A stretch of 64,000 nucleotides of DNA from IMG/VR virus record IMGVR_UViG_3300045988_135485; one strand, 5' to 3'. Each line of letters opens with the position of its first letter. The stretch's first letter is position 1. A program made the position numbers and the translations under genes. The notes beneath the pieces were generated by a model that saw nothing but the letters and a program-made list of their open reading frames with translations, did not search any database and was not told where the DNA came from. The stretch is from a virus. This document shows, one piece after another, positions 19,119 to 27,515 of the stretch.

Positions 19119-19784
19119 TTAAATCATTTTTATAAACTTTTTCGCCTCTTCAACTGAAAAAGCTTTGCAAAAATCATCCGGGAAATTGTTATACATTGCT
19201 TCAAAAGCTTTATCAAAGTCGCTATCAATAAAGCCGCTTAAATTATCCTCCTCTTCATCATTTCTAAAAAGATGATACTCCCAACATTCGCAGTTGGCCC
19301 AATCAGAATACTGTTTAACTTCCGTCTTTACCCAATAATCGATTTTTTTCTTAAATTTGACAGAAATCCGATGCTTTTTAAATTCCCGGTAAATATGTGC
19401 CTTTTTTACTAAATAGAAACCTATACATCCGCAATCCCAGCCAGTTGATTTTCCAATAAACATATTCCATCCGCTGTGGTCGTAGACAGATACAGGATAA
19501 ACAATAAAACCCATTTCCTCTAAACGTTTTTTGTCTGTCTGGTAATTACCAGATGACCAATCGGAAAAGTCGCCTGTTTCTGTAAGTTCATTCTCAACGT
19601 ACTCACAAGAATTTTTTACAAAAAACTTACCAATAAGGCAATCACAATCGTTGCGAGGATTGTCGCAGAACCGGTCTCTGGTTATTTCAATTCTCCAGTT
19701 CTCTAATTTAGGGTCAATAACTCCCGGCAATTCATACTGAATCTCGTTCTGGATTACGTTCTGAATCTCGTTTGCATTAATCAT
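19119..19784 (-). CDS. hypothetical Cys-rich protein
   Basis: Start moved to ATG 19784 (MINANEIQ) behind AGGAAAGG. The track start at 19841 is a TTG inside the palindrome. Confidence 0.35.
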   Translation of the reverse strand: MINANEIQNVIQNEIQYELPGVIDPKLENWRIEITRDRFCDNPRNDCDCLIGKFFVKNSCEYVENELTETGDFSDWSSGNYQTDKKRLEEMGFIVYPVSVYDHSGWNMFIGKSTGWDCGCIGFYLVKKAHIYREFKKHRISVKFKKKIDYWVKTEVKQYSDWANCECWEYHLFRNDEEEDNLSGFIDSDFDKAFEAMYNNFPDDFCKAFSVEEAKKFIKMI

Positions 19785-19833
19785 AACTTGTTCCTTTCCT
19801 AAAACAAATTCAAGTTGTTCAAGTGGTTTAAGT

Positions 19834-19851
19834 TGTTCCAACGTTGGAACA
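19834..19851. promoter_or_regulatory. palindrome copy 2 (perfect)
   Basis: About 50 bp upstream of ATG 19784. Confidence 0.6.
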
Positions 19852-20405
19852 TTTACATTCTTCTAGAATGTTAATAATTTAGTTTTGTCTAAATAAGATG
19901 AAAAAATATTTTTGTGCTGTATTTGTCTAAAAATTAACCTACTTTTGAGTATGTAAAAATAGGTCGAAATTTACATACAAATTGGTATATATAATAATTT
20001 GTTGCTGTCTTCCTAAATTGTGTATTTGTGTATTTTCGGAAATGTATCCAAAAATACATCTGAAGATACGCAACCAATAAGCCAACTATTAAACCAGTCA
20101 ATAAAATGGTTATTAAACCAGTCATTAAACCCCACTTTTTTAGGCAGTGGTTGCATACACTGTCCTCTCTGGTACCCCCCTACCTGAAAGTAGGCTCATA
20201 TTACTCACAGCTAAAATTTTGAAGATTTTACCATCTTGAGAAAAGACACAGAGGCGGGGGCGTTTCTCAAAAAGGTCAAATTCGAGTTTTACAACCATGT
20301 TTTGTTTGGCATATTTCACGATTAAGTCGGATAAGTTCTTTACCATCGTTTGTTTCCTTTCAGTTGTGTTACCATGGTTTGTTTACCATGGTTTGTTTGC
20401 TAGGT

Positions 20406-20423
20406 TGTTCCAACGTTGGAACA
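20406..20423. promoter_or_regulatory. palindrome copy 3 (perfect)
   Basis: About 60 bp upstream of the small ORF 20140-20346. Confidence 0.6.
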
Positions 20424-21170
20424 ATCTTAAAATGAACGCGGAATCTTTTCCCAAAATTCTCCCCAAATTGATTCCGGATTTTGTTTCCAAATCTCGTCCG
20501 GAATCTGGTCCGGATTCTGGTCGGAATTGTCGCCGGAAAAAGTACTCAGTTTTATTCCCTCCCTAGACAAAGAGACGGAATTTTGAAAAAAAGGTATTAT
20601 TCTACCTTTTTTGGACAGAAAAATGAAAAAAACTAGAACCAAGATAGAACAATTATTTCACCATCTTTGACCAAGTTGTTGTTTTTACTCTTTTGTCTAG
20701 TTTTTTTTTGAGTTGACAGACTATTTTAAATTGTCTCTATATAGAATTTTTTTATAAATACCCCATAGGGTATATTTATCTTATTTTTTTTCCGTGAATC
20801 TTAAAAAAAAAAAAAAATCTATTTTAGACAAAATATATAAAAACAATGGGTTAGATGTAAACTACTCCAGTGGTGTTCTAATAATGTTCAAGTGGTTAAA
20901 AAAAAGCGGGTCCTTATTTTATTGTATAAGTTTCATTTGTCTAATTTGTCAGATGTTTTTTCTTGGTTTTTCAATGGCTTATTTTATTTTCTCCTTATAT
21001 AGTAAAAATGATACGTTTCAGTCTAAAAAGTGGTTCTTTGTCTAGACTGTGAAAGTGCTTGAAACGGGGAACGCCTTTGTCTATCTGGCATAGACGGGGT
21101 GTGGACGAAATTCCGCCCTTTCTTCTGTCAAGAAAATGTCTAACAGTCTAAAATCGACAAAATCTGTCAA

Positions 21171-21188
21171 TTTTCCAACGTTGGAACA
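21171..21188. promoter_or_regulatory. palindrome copy 4 (17/18)
   Basis: TTTTCCAACGTTGGAACA. Confidence 0.5.
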
Positions 21189-21200
21189 CGGAGTCAATTT

Positions 21201-21218
21201 TGTTCCAACGTTGGAACT
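21201..21218. promoter_or_regulatory. palindrome copy 5 (17/18)
   Basis: TGTTCCAACGTTGGAACT, 13 bp from copy 4. Confidence 0.5.
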
Positions 21219-21336
21219 TTTTCGGAATCCCTTAATATGATTCCAAAACTTTTTCGCGCGCCATCTTAAGCGGCCATTTAATATATAAATTAAAGAAAAA
21301 TAAAGAAAAGATATAAAGAGAATCCCGCCCGGGACT

Positions 21337-21354
21337 TGTTCCAACGTTGGAACA
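21337..21354. promoter_or_regulatory. palindrome copy 6 (perfect)
   Basis: Followed by the direct repeat cccggattcctgcccggattcctgcccgg. Confidence 0.6.
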
Positions 21355-21386
21355 AATCCCGGATTCCTGCCCGGATTCCTGCCCGG

Positions 21387-22187
21387 TTAGGCGGCCAACT
21401 TTTCGGTTGTTTGTATTTTCTGGTATGCCTGTGTTATCACTTCCACAACGTCGCCCGCCATCGTAACCGCCTCGCCATAACCGTAAATCTTAACAACGTT
21501 ATCAAACGCGGTTATAAATTCGCTGGCTGCTTGCATCAATACGACTTCCGGCGGAAGTTGTACCGATTCCGGGCTGTTTTCCGTTCCCGTTTCTGAATCT
21601 GATTCCGGGTTAGATTCTGATTCCGGGTTAGATTCTGATTCGTCGCTTGTGCTCGGCTTCGGCTGTTTTTCTGGCTTAAGAGCGTCATACAAACCGCGCA
21701 AACTTTCATAGTTTGCAAAAATACTGCCCGTTATTTCTGCAATAGCCGCGGCGGGCGTGCCTATTATGTTAGACTCTTTAATAATATCGCGGTTTAATTC
21801 GATTAATTTTAATGCCGCTTTAATTTTAGCGTAGATGGATGATTTTTGCGGGTGTGTCCGAATATCCGCGTTTATTTTAAATAAGTGTAAAATTATGTGC
21901 TTTCTGAATCCTTTTTCATCCATCTTTTTATTAAAAGTCGAGTAATATAAACGGGCTTTAAAGATTGACTTTACAACGGCGAGTCCAGCTAATCCGGCTT
22001 TGTTTTCCGCGTTTGTTTCTCTTAAATAGGCATTGTAACCCTCTTTTAAATAAGATAAAACTACTTCTTTCGGCTCGCCTGTAAAGTCATTTGACAAACG
22101 AACGTTGCGGGCGTTATTCTCATTTAACGGCTTATAGTCTGGCTTGTGCAGAGGTTGGGATGACTGGTTAATATGTTTAATAGACAT
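21387..22187 (-). CDS. hypothetical protein with ESNPES repeats
   Basis: 266-aa ORF. SESNPESESNPESDSE low-complexity insert. Palindrome 170 bp upstream. Confidence 0.4.
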   Translation of the reverse strand: MSIKHINQSSQPLHKPDYKPLNENNARNVRLSNDFTGEPKEVVLSYLKEGYNAYLRETNAENKAGLAGLAVVKSIFKARLYYSTFNKKMDEKGFRKHIILHLFKINADIRTHPQKSSIYAKIKAALKLIELNRDIIKESNIIGTPAAAIAEITGSIFANYESLRGLYDALKPEKQPKPSTSDESESNPESESNPESDSETGTENSPESVQLPPEVVLMQAASEFITAFDNVVKIYGYGEAVTMAGDVVEVITQAYQKIQTTEKLAA

Positions 22188-22353
22188 GATTTTGACTCCT
22201 GTATATAAAATGTTAATAAATGTTAATAGCTGTTATTTTCTTAATGATTCCACAAGCCCGCAAATAGCGGTGTATATGGTTATAAATAATATTGTGTAAA
22301 TAGCTAGTGTAAACATTGATGACTCCTTTTAGTTGGCTTATATGTTTATTTAA

Positions 22354-22371
22354 TGTTCTAACGTTAGAACA
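22354..22371. promoter_or_regulatory. palindrome copy 7, symmetric variant TGTTCTAACGTTAGAACA
   Basis: Compensatory C>T / G>A changes keep perfect dyad symmetry. Lies 170 bp upstream of the 21387-22187 gene. Confidence 0.55.
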
Positions 22372-22406
22372 TCTTTGATTTAGGCAATATTCAGATATTA
22401 CCGATA

Positions 22407-22428
22407 CGCGGGGGCGGCAACCCCCGCG
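22407..22428. other. GC-rich hairpin (8-bp stem CGCGGGGG / CCCCCGCG, 6-nt loop) without a U-tract
   Basis: Stands out in AT-rich DNA. Not followed by a T-run on either strand. Confidence 0.5.
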
Positions 22429-22534
22429 CGGTTTGCATAAAATTTACTTATTCACAATGTGCTATAACTACCAGCCGCCCGGCTGATGACTGTTATATAT
22501 AAGCTAATTAGTTACTTGTCAACTACTTTTTTGC

Positions 22535-22552
22535 ACTTTTTTTAAAAAAAGT
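22535..22552. promoter_or_regulatory. AC-T7-A7-GT 18-bp A/T palindrome (intrinsically bent DNA)
   Basis: actttttttaaaaaaagt. Confidence 0.4.
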
Positions 22553-22770
22553 ACACTTTTTTTAGTAAGTCATTGTTTTTGCGTGATTCTTTTTTTATGT
22601 TAAGTTTATTATAAGGTATACACACGGGCACGTGCTATACATGCAAACGTAACCTTTACATATAGGCCGGGTGATAGGGGTGTAGGCTTTTTATATGGGA
22701 GAATAAAAAGGTGGCGGAGAACAGGCCCCGATTCTGACCCCCCGCCCAAAACCATTTCCACCTAACACAA

Positions 22771-22842
22771 CCTACCAACTTACCTACCAACTTACCTACC
22801 AACTTACCTACCAACTTGCCTACCAACTTGCCTATCACCTGA
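22771..22842. repeat. 6 x 12-bp tandem repeat CCTACCAACTTA (iteron-like)
   Basis: Three perfect units, two with one substitution each (last A to G), and one degenerate unit. Confidence 0.8.
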
Positions 22843-22845
22843 CAG

Positions 22846-22909
22846 GACCGCGAACGCGAGCGCAGTCACTTTCGTGTTCGCGGTCGCATTCGCGGTCACG
22901 TTCGTTTTC
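22846..22909. repeat. GTRTTCGCGGTC repeat cluster (one inverted copy + two direct copies + a degenerate copy)
   Basis: gaccgcgaac ... gtgttcgcggtc gcattcgcggtc acgttcg. The same 12-mer recurs at 63846-63893. Confidence 0.75.
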
Positions 22910-23050
22910 ATTTTTGAGGTTCTCAGCAAGGGGAACGACCACGAACACGAACGCAAAAGCCGACATAAACTTGACAAGAATCTTAACCAGAACTAGAATC
23001 TTAACAGTCGACCAGAATAATCGACCAGAACAGGGAGGGAGAAACAACAA

Positions 23051-23533
23051 ATGGATTCAATGATAGCAGGCAACAGCCAAAATCAAAATGCACAAAATCT
23101 TAAACATAACTTCAAACAGATAACCTATACCAAAAACTCAACTAAACAGAAAGAGGAGCGTGCCTTCTTCAAGAATCGTGTTAAGAAAGCATTTCTTCAC
23201 TGGTTATATTACAAGGGGCTCATTCCGTGGAAAGAGCTCCCTTCTTTTTTAGATGTTCACCACAAGCATCCGCTAGGCGGTGGCGGCAGCAATGAATTTA
23301 CCAACTTGGTAATAATGGTCAGGCGAGACCATGAGAAAATGAACAGGGAAATAATAGAGCCGCAGTTGCGTGGCATTCGGGAGGGTGAAACCAGAGAAAT
23401 AACGGTTCCTTGGTGGAACTCTGAGAAGGGAGAATTTATTGATTGGGAAGGCATATACCGGTATTTGGAAGAGCTCGAACGCTCTCGACGTATGCGTTCC
23501 TCCGATCGCGCATGCGGTCGCGGAGGTAGATGA
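23051..23533 (+). CDS. HNH endonuclease
   Basis: DVHHKHPLGGGGSNEFTNLVIMVRRDHEKMN is an HNH core (HH...N...H). It is the only plus-strand gene in the left arm. Confidence 0.6.
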   Translation: MDSMIAGNSQNQNAQNLKHNFKQITYTKNSTKQKEERAFFKNRVKKAFLHWLYYKGLIPWKELPSFLDVHHKHPLGGGGSNEFTNLVIMVRRDHEKMNREIIEPQLRGIREGETREITVPWWNSEKGEFIDWEGIYRYLEELERSRRMRSSDRACGRGGR

Positions 23534-23627
23534 CGGTTGCATACACGAACATATATATGATTGTGTATGCGACCATATATGCAAAAAATTTGCACATATT
23601 AGCGGGAAAAGAGGTCATTCAATACAC

Positions 23628-23689
23628 TTTTTGCAAATAAATGCTAAAAAAGAGGCTTTTTTGCGGTTTTTAGCATTTATTTGCAAAAA
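23628..23689. promoter_or_regulatory. large perfect hairpin/palindrome (23-bp arms TTTTTGCAAATAAATGCTAAAAA, 16-nt spacer)
   Basis: Arms are exact reverse complements. No flanking U-tract. Confidence 0.6.
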
Positions 23690-23695
23690 AGTGTA

Positions 23696-23743
23696 AGAAA
23701 AAGGCCATTCTGTGTGAAAAAATCACACAGAACGGCCTTTTTT
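23696..23743. terminator. bidirectional rho-independent terminator
   Basis: A-run, 15-bp stem ggccattctgtgtga / tcacacagaacggcc with an aaaaa loop, then TTTTTT. Separates the convergent HNH (+) and primase (-) units. Confidence 0.75.
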
Positions 23744-23960
23744 AGCTTAAATTGGTTGATTTTGACCAATTTTGGTTCATCTCGGCGTATTTATGAAAAG
23801 ATTCCTCTATCTCGATACTTTTTTACCTGTTTCCGGTCCTGAATCTCGGCTCGTTTGCGTAGCCTTTTGGCTTTTTTATAGACCTCTCCGGTTACTTTCT
23901 TGCCTTCAAGAACGTATATGACAGCCTCCTTTTCCACAACCTCCTTTTCCTCAACCGATT

Positions 23961-26471
23961 CTACAGGTCGCTCTGCAAGCGGGCACCCGTCGTCTTGTCC
24001 ATTGTGAGTCCATTCACCATCAAGCCATCGACTTGAAAGCCCATAAAGTTGCCTAATTCGGTCAGCCTCCGTAAGAAGCCTCTCAACCCCACAGGCCTTG
24101 CACGGATAGTCGCACAGCAAAAGCTCGTGTATTTTTCGTACAGAGAATTTACCAATACTGAGCCGCTCCCGGTTTCCGTCCTCCTCGGTCCCTCCTCCGA
24201 GGTCAGGTAGAAAAAAACTGAGTCATTCTCACTGGCCATCTCCCTGATTATCTGTTGATGGCTGCTTGGTAAAGTAAAATCTCTTTGCTCTACCAATTCT
24301 CTAACGCAGGAGATAACCCATGCGGCAATGCCCTCTCTCTCCTCAGCGACTATTGTTTCACCAATGTTGCGGACTTTATCCTTCTTTTTAACCGCATGGT
24401 TGAACGTAAGAATGAGCCATCGTCTATTGAATCCTTCCGATACGTCCTTTGTCTTTGGCAGGTAGTTACTGGCAAACCAATGCGTCGCCATCGGCGTAAA
24501 GGAAAATATCGGTCTTCCTTTGTACTGGCCATCTAAGGTACTTCCGTCAATAATCGATTTAAAACTTGCTCCCGGAATCGGTTGCGATTCGTTTAACTCG
24601 CCACAAATGTTTAAAAGGGATTTGGATAATTCCGTTACTTCGAATTTATCTTCAAACTTGTAGGGAGTTACATATGAAATAACCTCCTTGGGTAGTAAGT
24701 GTTTAACTATTTCCAATAATTGAGATTTACCCGAGCCCGCAATACCATAGAGAAGAATGGCTCTGGCAAATGAGGGCCCCATTCCGAAGAAGGTTGCACA
24801 CATCGCTTCCTGAAGAGCTCTCTTTCTCGCTTCAAAATCCAGTTCCATACCCCAAATTGATTCCAGAAACTTATCAAATCTAGGATGATGGTCAACAAGC
24901 TCAGGTACATATCTGAAGGGCAGCGTATAGGTACATCCGAAGGAAGGGTCGTGAGGAAAGGTCATTCCGTCACTGCTTACGAAACAGTTTGCAAAATTGA
25001 CACCCTGTATTTTTCTACTATTCAGGTCAGTTTGAGGAACAATTGACTTTAATACTTTCAAAACCCCGGCATGATCGTGAGCCTTTCTTGCAGCAGGAAG
25101 ATTCCCGTAATTGTTAGCTACTAAACAAAGTATTTCCTGTTCAGACAATACTTCCCAGTTGGAGCCCTTATACTGCCAGAATTTATCATTCCAGAAGTGA
25201 ACTTCTCCTATTCTCTTCAGGTCTTCCAGCACGGCTCTGGCTATTTCCGTGTGGTCAATTCCCTCCAGTTCTCCCCGTCGCAGTTCCTGTAGACGTTTCT
25301 TTAGGCTAGGAACCTGAATAGTTTTACTGTTAGTTTGTTTTATGTAGGTGAAGACCGTATCTATTTCTAAGGACGTTAAATGCGGAGAACGACTAATTCT
25401 GCGTAGAACATATTCTATGGCCGAAATCCTTTGAATAGCCCCCTCATCTTCGTATTTTTCAAACTCGGTCTTGAGATAATCTTTCAGTTGTTCTACCGAC
25501 CATTCGTTATGTTCGGCATCGAATTTAAGACCCCAGCTTTCTTTCTGTTCCTCGGTAAGTCCGGTATCCCATCCGAGAGGAAGCGGTTTATTTTTCGGGC
25601 CTACAACATCCTGAATCAGGAACTGAATGAGGTTGCGGACACCTTTCTCGATGTCAATGTCGTCTCCGGCCACATTCTCAACACAGCAGGTTTTCCATAC
25701 ATACATACGGTCTATTGCTTCCAGCAGCGATAACTCTCCTCTGGTTACTGCATTTGCATAGAAGCCTGCCATCGTGGTCATCTTTACGTCACGGCTTCCC
25801 TGAGAAACGTAATCCGTAGTTCTGGTCCAGCCTGCGTGAGACAGCGTAATTCCGTAATCTTGGAAAGCGTTCCTTAACATGGATTCGAGGTTTTCCGGAA
25901 GAGGTTTCAGATAAGGTATAACCTCTGTAATCGGTTGATTACAAACGTACGGCTTCTGTGTTTTGGGATGTATTGACGGTGGTAGAACCACTTGGTTGCC
26001 GGAAGATAGACATTCACAAATCATGTGACCGTCTACGTCTTTAATTTTAAACGGTTTCTCTCCTTTATATTTATAAAGGAGAACTTTTCCCTTTTGTCCG
26101 ACACGTTCCCAAGGAGAATATCCACAGATTTCATTGATTATATTAATAAGTGTCTTATTCTCGGTATCAATATCAATGGCAACACATCCCGACTGCGGTC
26201 CTAACGGCAATCCTATGTTACTGTCCGGGAAATTGTTTAGCCAGTGGTCTTGTTCCTGAGGAAGCGGCATCTTGTCCTTATAAGAGGTCCAGTTTATCGG
26301 AATCGGTTCCTTGCCGCGAGGGCGTAACGGTATTACCGGAAGCCCTTTTTGCCAAAGAAGCGGGGCATTATTCTTGAAAAGGTCCTTATTCGGGAAAAGA
26401 GTTATGTTTTGGGAGATTTTTTCTTTCTCTTCTGCTAAGTCCTTGGCTAGTTTTAAAGTATTACCTGTCAT
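23961..26471 (-). CDS. primase-helicase (bifunctional prim-pol N-domain + D5/P4-type SF3 helicase)
   Basis: N-terminus GLPVIPLRPRGKEPI...NIGLPLGPQSGCVAIDIDTE matches the bifunctional primase/polymerase N-terminal signature. Walker A GIAGSGKSQLLE and Walker B-like WLILTFNH are present. Length is 836 aa. Confidence 0.7.
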   Translation of the reverse strand: MTGNTLKLAKDLAEEKEKISQNITLFPNKDLFKNNAPLLWQKGLPVIPLRPRGKEPIPINWTSYKDKMPLPQEQDHWLNNFPDSNIGLPLGPQSGCVAIDIDTENKTLINIINEICGYSPWERVGQKGKVLLYKYKGEKPFKIKDVDGHMICECLSSGNQVVLPPSIHPKTQKPYVCNQPITEVIPYLKPLPENLESMLRNAFQDYGITLSHAGWTRTTDYVSQGSRDVKMTTMAGFYANAVTRGELSLLEAIDRMYVWKTCCVENVAGDDIDIEKGVRNLIQFLIQDVVGPKNKPLPLGWDTGLTEEQKESWGLKFDAEHNEWSVEQLKDYLKTEFEKYEDEGAIQRISAIEYVLRRISRSPHLTSLEIDTVFTYIKQTNSKTIQVPSLKKRLQELRRGELEGIDHTEIARAVLEDLKRIGEVHFWNDKFWQYKGSNWEVLSEQEILCLVANNYGNLPAARKAHDHAGVLKVLKSIVPQTDLNSRKIQGVNFANCFVSSDGMTFPHDPSFGCTYTLPFRYVPELVDHHPRFDKFLESIWGMELDFEARKRALQEAMCATFFGMGPSFARAILLYGIAGSGKSQLLEIVKHLLPKEVISYVTPYKFEDKFEVTELSKSLLNICGELNESQPIPGASFKSIIDGSTLDGQYKGRPIFSFTPMATHWFASNYLPKTKDVSEGFNRRWLILTFNHAVKKKDKVRNIGETIVAEEREGIAAWVISCVRELVEQRDFTLPSSHQQIIREMASENDSVFFYLTSEEGPRRTETGSGSVLVNSLYEKYTSFCCATIRARPVGLRGFLRRLTELGNFMGFQVDGLMVNGLTMDKTTGARLQSDL

Positions 26472-27013
26472 AATCTATATTTCCCCTCTTCAATAACCTT
26501 CGTTGTACCTAACCCTGTCCCCGGTTCTGTACCTAATTCTTCTCTACTTTCCGATTCTGCGAGTTCTCTTAAGAACATTTCTCTTTGTTCAGGAAGAACC
26601 TTTTTTAGAATCTTCAAGACTTTGGATTCAAATTCCCGCATTTGATTCAGATTTGTTGCTCTCTCCGCCAACGTAAGCAGCTTCTCCAGCTGGGTGGTTG
26701 CCGTTCTTTGGATAGAAGCTTTGTCTTTATCGTCTATTTCGTTGGATTTAAGTAATTCTTTAGTTTGCCAGTACAGATTAATTATTTCTGTCTTCAGGTC
26801 TAAGTTTGTCATGGTAGGAAGGTCTGCCTTTGACGAACTTTCTCCGGTGTTAATACTAACCGGTGGGAAAATAAGGTTGAGAGACTTTTTGATAGGTTCT
26901 GAATATGGAGATTCGGCTACATACTTAGGGTTTTTTTTTATCTCTAATCCTATAGAATAAATCTTAAAAACGGTCTCATAATTTATATCAGGATATTTAT
27001 TGTTTTGAGCCAT
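26468..27013 (-). CDS. hypothetical protein
   Basis: Tiled ORF between the HTH and primase genes. Confidence 0.35.
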   Translation of the reverse strand: MAQNNKYPDINYETVFKIYSIGLEIKKNPKYVAESPYSEPIKKSLNLIFPPVSINTGESSSKADLPTMTNLDLKTEIINLYWQTKELLKSNEIDDKDKASIQRTATTQLEKLLTLAERATNLNQMREFESKVLKILKKVLPEQREMFLRELAESESREELGTEPGTGLGTTKVIEEGKYRL

Positions 27014-27227
27014 GGGTCGATTCTCCGTTTAAAATTAAAGGTTCTGAAGAAGTATGGTTTTTAAAAAGTTCTACATCTGTAAGTAGAAAATATACCTTTC
27101 CTCCTAAAGTTCTTCGGGGAACTAATGAACCCTTCTTTATATAGCGGTAAATGGTTTGGTAAGAAACACCGACCCTTTTGGCAAAGCTTTCAATGCTTAT
27201 GCGTTTATCTCTATCAGTAACTTCCAT
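26997..27227 (-). CDS. excisionase/AlpA-family HTH DNA-binding protein
   Basis: ISIESFAKRVGVSYQTIYRYIKKGSLVPRRTLGGKVYF. First gene of the minus-strand unit that diverges from the terminase. Confidence 0.55.
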   Translation of the reverse strand: MEVTDRDKRISIESFAKRVGVSYQTIYRYIKKGSLVPRRTLGGKVYFLLTDVELFKNHTSSEPLILNGESTHGSKQ

Positions 27228-27304
27228 AATCCCTCCCTAAATGTTATGGTATGTTAGGTTGTGTAAAGTGGTGGTAGTCTACGATATATTTTTGTAAATG
27301 TCAA

Positions 27305-27336
27305 GCAAAAAACCTCAGTTTATTCAACTGAGGTTT
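27305..27336 (-). terminator. intrinsic terminator, minus-strand orientation, in the divergent control region
   Basis: 10-bp perfect stem aacctcagtt / aactgaggtt followed on the minus strand by UUUUUU. Confidence 0.5.
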
Positions 27337-27515
27337 CGGTGGAACTAATTAAGAAAAATAATATGTAGGTGTTTAATGATTCATGCGTCAAACTGTTATT
27401 AACTGACTAGCTATTCTTGGATTCGATTATCTTATATCTTATATAAAATACTTTGTCAATAGAAAAGTTGACTATTTTAAAAAATAGGTTTAGGCTGTGC
27501 TAAAACGGAGGTAAA

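Noticed and set aside
21081-21344. 87-aa minus-strand ORF covering three palindrome copies
   Set aside because: The reading frame is created by the palindromes themselves (SNVG encoded by ccaacgttgg). I treat the region as regulatory DNA.
22771-22842. CRISPR array
   Set aside because: The 12-bp units are directly adjacent with no spacers.
22656-23050. ORFs 22656-22838 and 22835-23050 with (GKLV)n and R/E-rich low complexity
   Set aside because: They are direct translations of the 12-bp tandem repeats. No SD is present.
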